In this document: piece by piece, positions 35,116 through 37,883 of the stretch
Layout: every line of letters begins with the position of its first letter
Numbering within the stretch: position 1 is the first letter of the stretch
From: a virus
Lineage: Duplodnaviria; Caudoviricetes
Strand: one strand, 5' to 3'
Length of the DNA: 37,883 nt
Virus record (IMG/VR): IMGVR_UViG_3300017909_002923
Location: 1-37,883 of that record
Translations under genes and position numbers: made by a program
The notes under the pieces: generated by a model
The model's database searches: none
What the model was told of the DNA's origin: nothing
The model's input: only the letters and a program-made list of their open reading frames with translations

Positions 35116-36307
35116 TTATGCGAGTATAGTACCACTCATTGGTGGTGAAACAATCGCCATGCAAAATGTGTTTGGTAAAAGACCGGAGTATATTTTAAGT
35201 TATGAACCGTTTCAAACAAATGATAATCACCTTAATGAATATTATAAAAACGAAGTACCCTATCATCTTATCGGAGACGGTGGGGTACCTGATGTACCTC
35301 ATGTCGATGTTATTAATACCGTATGCCCTTGTGCTGGGCTTAGCAGTCTTAGTACTACAAGCAGTTCTGATGCTGCTATTAACGATTGGATGCGTACCAC
35401 TGCGAATCATGTTTTGGGTACACTCTCTCCTCAAGTATTCTGGGGCGAAAACGCACCAAGACTCGCTTCAGCAATGGGACGACCGATTGTCGAAGACCTT
35501 AGGAGAATCGGGGAAACGTTTGGATATACTTTTTCTATATATAAGACGAAATCTATTCTTCATGGATTAGGACAAGTTAGAGATCGAGCATTTTATTTTT
35601 TCTGGAAAGGTGAAAAAACTCCAAAATTCGAATATATAAAACGTGAACATGAAAAGATTGAGGATACGATTCGTTCCGTGAAACGCGATCCAAGTGATCC
35701 AATGTCAATCCTTACAAACTCAAGTGTTCCATCAGAAAATCCATATTATCGTTTTGTGCTCAAAGAGCTCGAAAATGGCATAACTCATTCGCAGTTTCAA
35801 GATAAGATCAGTAAGAGTTATGACATATTACATTACATTGAAGATCAAGGCATAAGTTATAAAGAAGTTTCAAAATGGATGACTCAACATGGGTTTGACA
35901 AGCAAGCGACTCGTTCAATGACTATGTATGAGAAACTAAAATCTGGTGGAAACGTAATGAGACGCGGTGTTAATATACCGAAGAATTATATTGGTGCTTT
36001 TGTTGGAGCGTATCCTACTAGCCTTACACATCCAGACGAGGACCGTTACTTGACAATTCGTGAATGTTTATCAATCATGAAATTACCAGAAGATTTTAAT
36101 CTTCAAGGCGGACTTAAAAATATAAATCACATATGTCAGAATGTTCCAGTGACAACTGCTCAGGATATGGCAGATCATGTTCTTAAATTTGTAGATGGTA
36201 GATTAGATAATCAACTTATTGAAACAAAATATCTCGTACAAGACAATAAATCAAAAACACTTGACTATGAAAAAGAGAGTGTACAACTTGACGCATTTAT
36301 GGTATAA
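35108..36307 (+). CDS. Atypical C5-cytosine DNA methyltransferase-like protein
   Basis: Motif IV CPCAGLS, motif VI GENAP, motif VIII GQVRDRAF, motif IX RYLTIREC..LPEDF, motif X CQNVP; motif I is degenerate (IVPLIGG). Confidence 0.75.
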   Translation: MPNYASIVPLIGGETIAMQNVFGKRPEYILSYEPFQTNDNHLNEYYKNEVPYHLIGDGGVPDVPHVDVINTVCPCAGLSSLSTTSSSDAAINDWMRTTANHVLGTLSPQVFWGENAPRLASAMGRPIVEDLRRIGETFGYTFSIYKTKSILHGLGQVRDRAFYFFWKGEKTPKFEYIKREHEKIEDTIRSVKRDPSDPMSILTNSSVPSENPYYRFVLKELENGITHSQFQDKISKSYDILHYIEDQGISYKEVSKWMTQHGFDKQATRSMTMYEKLKSGGNVMRRGVNIPKNYIGAFVGAYPTSLTHPDEDRYLTIRECLSIMKLPEDFNLQGGLKNINHICQNVPVTTAQDMADHVLKFVDGRLDNQLIETKYLVQDNKSKTLDYEKESVQLDAFMV

Positions 36308-36308
36308 T
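36280..36308 (+). promoter_or_regulatory. Early/middle promoter for uvsX
   Basis: TGTACA-N17 (ending TATGG)-TATAAT. Confidence 0.65.
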
Positions 36309-36332
36309 AGTCAAGTTACTTAGGAGAATTAT

Positions 36333-37370
36333 ATGAGCATAATGGATAAATTGAAAAAGAATAGCAAAGTTAAAGAAACCTCTATTCTTTCAGATAGTAA
36401 ATTTTTTACTGAAAAAGATATGGTAGCTACTGATGTACCGATGATAAATGTAGCTTTATCAGGTTCTATGGAAGGTGGATTGGCACCAGGCTTGACTGTT
36501 CTTGCCGGTCCATCGAAACATTTCAAAACTTCTTTTGCATTAATCATGGCATCAGCATATCTTAAAAAATATGAAGATGCTGTTTTATTATTTTATGATT
36601 CAGAGTTTGGTTCGCCGCAATCTTACTTTGAAAATTTTGGTATCGATACAAGCAGAGTACTACATACACCAATCGCTAACGTAGAAGAACTTAAATTTGA
36701 TATTATATCTCAATTAGAAGGTGTAGAACGTGGGGACAAAGTTTGTATTGTAATTGATTCAGTTGGCAACCTAGCATCAAAAAAAGAATTAGATGATGCT
36801 ATCAACGAAAAATCAGTTGCCGATATGTCAAGAGCAAAAGCACTCAAAGGTTTATTTCGTATGTGCACACCTTATTTGAATATGAAAGATATTCCAATGA
36901 TTGCGGTAAATCATACATATAAAGAAATAGGCTTGTTTCCAAGAGACGTAGTGTCTGGAGGAACAGGTATATATTATAGTGCAGATAACATTTGGATTCT
37001 TGGACGTCAACAAGATAAACAAGGAACAGAAGTAAAAGGTTATCACTTTGTTATCAATGTGGAGAAATCACGTTATGTTAAAGAAAAGTCTAAGATACCC
37101 ATTAGCGTTTCTTGGGATGGTGGAGTACAGAAGTGGTCTGGTCTTCTTGAGGTTGCTCTCGAAGGTAAATTTGTGGCTAAGCCGTCGAATGGCTGGTATT
37201 GCCAAGTTAGCCAGGAGACTGGGGAATTACTTGAACCAAAAGTACGAGAAAAACAAACATTAGAAGAATCATTTTGGAAACCAATCTTTGATGAAGGATT
37301 TGGCGATTATTTAAAGAAAAGATTCTCTATAGGTTCTCCTGCTTTAATTGAGGAAGCAGATGGCGAATAG
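36333..37370 (+). CDS. uvsX: RecA-like recombinase UvsX
   Basis: AGPSKHFKT, FYDSEFG, IDSVGNLASKKE, DMSRAKALK and SGGTG..YSAD motifs. Confidence 0.96.
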   Translation: MSIMDKLKKNSKVKETSILSDSKFFTEKDMVATDVPMINVALSGSMEGGLAPGLTVLAGPSKHFKTSFALIMASAYLKKYEDAVLLFYDSEFGSPQSYFENFGIDTSRVLHTPIANVEELKFDIISQLEGVERGDKVCIVIDSVGNLASKKELDDAINEKSVADMSRAKALKGLFRMCTPYLNMKDIPMIAVNHTYKEIGLFPRDVVSGGTGIYYSADNIWILGRQQDKQGTEVKGYHFVINVEKSRYVKEKSKIPISVSWDGGVQKWSGLLEVALEGKFVAKPSNGWYCQVSQETGELLEPKVREKQTLEESFWKPIFDEGFGDYLKKRFSIGSPALIEEADGE

Positions 37371-37659
37371 AAAAGAACATGAACACTACGAAATGATTCC
37401 AGGCGATGGTCATGATCAAGCTTGGAATATAAGAATTTTGCATGGTCAATTTGTAGAAACTGTGATAGAATTTGGTGCTATTTCTTTTAATGAATCTCAA
37501 CAAGGAACTATGAATTTTAATTTCGAAATAATATCAAGCCCGGATTCAGAATTAACTACAGAAAATGTAGAACTTCAAGAAGAAGCAGCACAAATATTAG
37601 AAAATGTTTTAGAGCAAGCGATAGAAGGCGGCTATATAGAATCGACAGTAAAAAAATGA
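37360..37659 (+). CDS. Small acidic protein in the gp40 (head vertex assembly chaperone) position
   Basis: ATG 37360 after GAGG; follows uvsX as gp40 does in T4. Assignment by synteny only. Confidence 0.45.
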   Translation: MANRKEHEHYEMIPGDGHDQAWNIRILHGQFVETVIEFGAISFNESQQGTMNFNFEIISSPDSELTTENVELQEEAAQILENVLEQAIEGGYIESTVKK

Positions 37660-37883
37660 AAATATTAATATTCGGTCTTCCGGGTAGTGGTAAGACAACA
37701 TTAGCAAAACCGTTTGCAGAATTAATTGGTGGAGTCCATATTAATGCAGATGAGGTTCGTAAAAGATATGATGATTGGGATTTTACTCCAGAAGGACGTA
37801 TAAGACAAGCACAACGAATGCGTCATTTATCTGATGGAGTAGTAATGGCTGGTAAGGTAGCAGTTGCAGATTTTGTATGTCCT
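37656..37883 (+). CDS. P-loop kinase, adenylylsulfate (APS) kinase-like (3' end outside the window)
   Basis: MKILIFGLPGSGKTTLA..NADEVR..DWDFTPEGRIRQAQRM..VADFVCP parallels CysC GLSGSGKST..DGDNVR..F..EDR..N.RR..FISP. Confidence 0.7.
   Translation, partial: MKILIFGLPGSGKTTLAKPFAELIGGVHINADEVRKRYDDWDFTPEGRIRQAQRMRHLSDGVVMAGKVAVADFVCP

Noticed and set aside
1-37883. CCGG and TCGA tetramers seem frequent for an AT-rich genome
   Set aside because: Impression by eye only; it needs a Markov-corrected k-mer count. Lack of restriction-site avoidance would fit fully modified DNA but is not established here.
1-37883. tRNA genes, CRISPR arrays, IS elements or integrases
   Set aside because: Intergenic gaps are short; no cloverleaf, repeat-spacer array or transposase/recombinase motifs were seen.

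Overview
This window is a low-GC segment of a large T4-like myovirus genome, most likely a marine or environmental phage; every supported gene is on the + strand. The left part is the virion morphogenesis block: end of a fibre-like gene, terminase gp16/gp17, sheath gp18, tube gp19, portal gp20, gp67/gp68, gp21, gp22, major capsid gp23 and gp3. The middle holds recombination, late-transcription and replisome genes (uvsY, uvsW, gp55, gp47, gp46, gp45, gp44, gp62, regA, hsp20, a GH108 lysozyme, gp43). Between gp43 and uvsX lies a ~9.4 kb DNA-modification island. It encodes a T4 gp42-type dCMP hydroxymethylase, dCMP deaminase, two putative all-alpha NTP pyrophosphatases, an AEP primase-like protein, a putative nuclease, a 2OG-Fe(II) oxygenase and a minimal UDG-fold protein. 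It ends in a four-gene overlapping operon: T4 alpha-glucosyltransferase homologue, UDP-glucuronate 4-epimerase-like protein, UDP-glucose dehydrogenase and an atypical C5-cytosine methyltransferase-like protein. The best candidate for a novel system is clamp-coupled attachment of a uronic acid (GlcA or GalA) to hydroxymethylcytosine in phage DNA. Non-coding highlights are a ROSE-like RNA thermometer before hsp20, an orphan antisense sigma70-type promoter upstream of gp55, and consistent early (TTTACA-N17-TATAAT) and late (TATAAATA) promoters. All calls come from reading motifs and gene order by eye; no database search was run.
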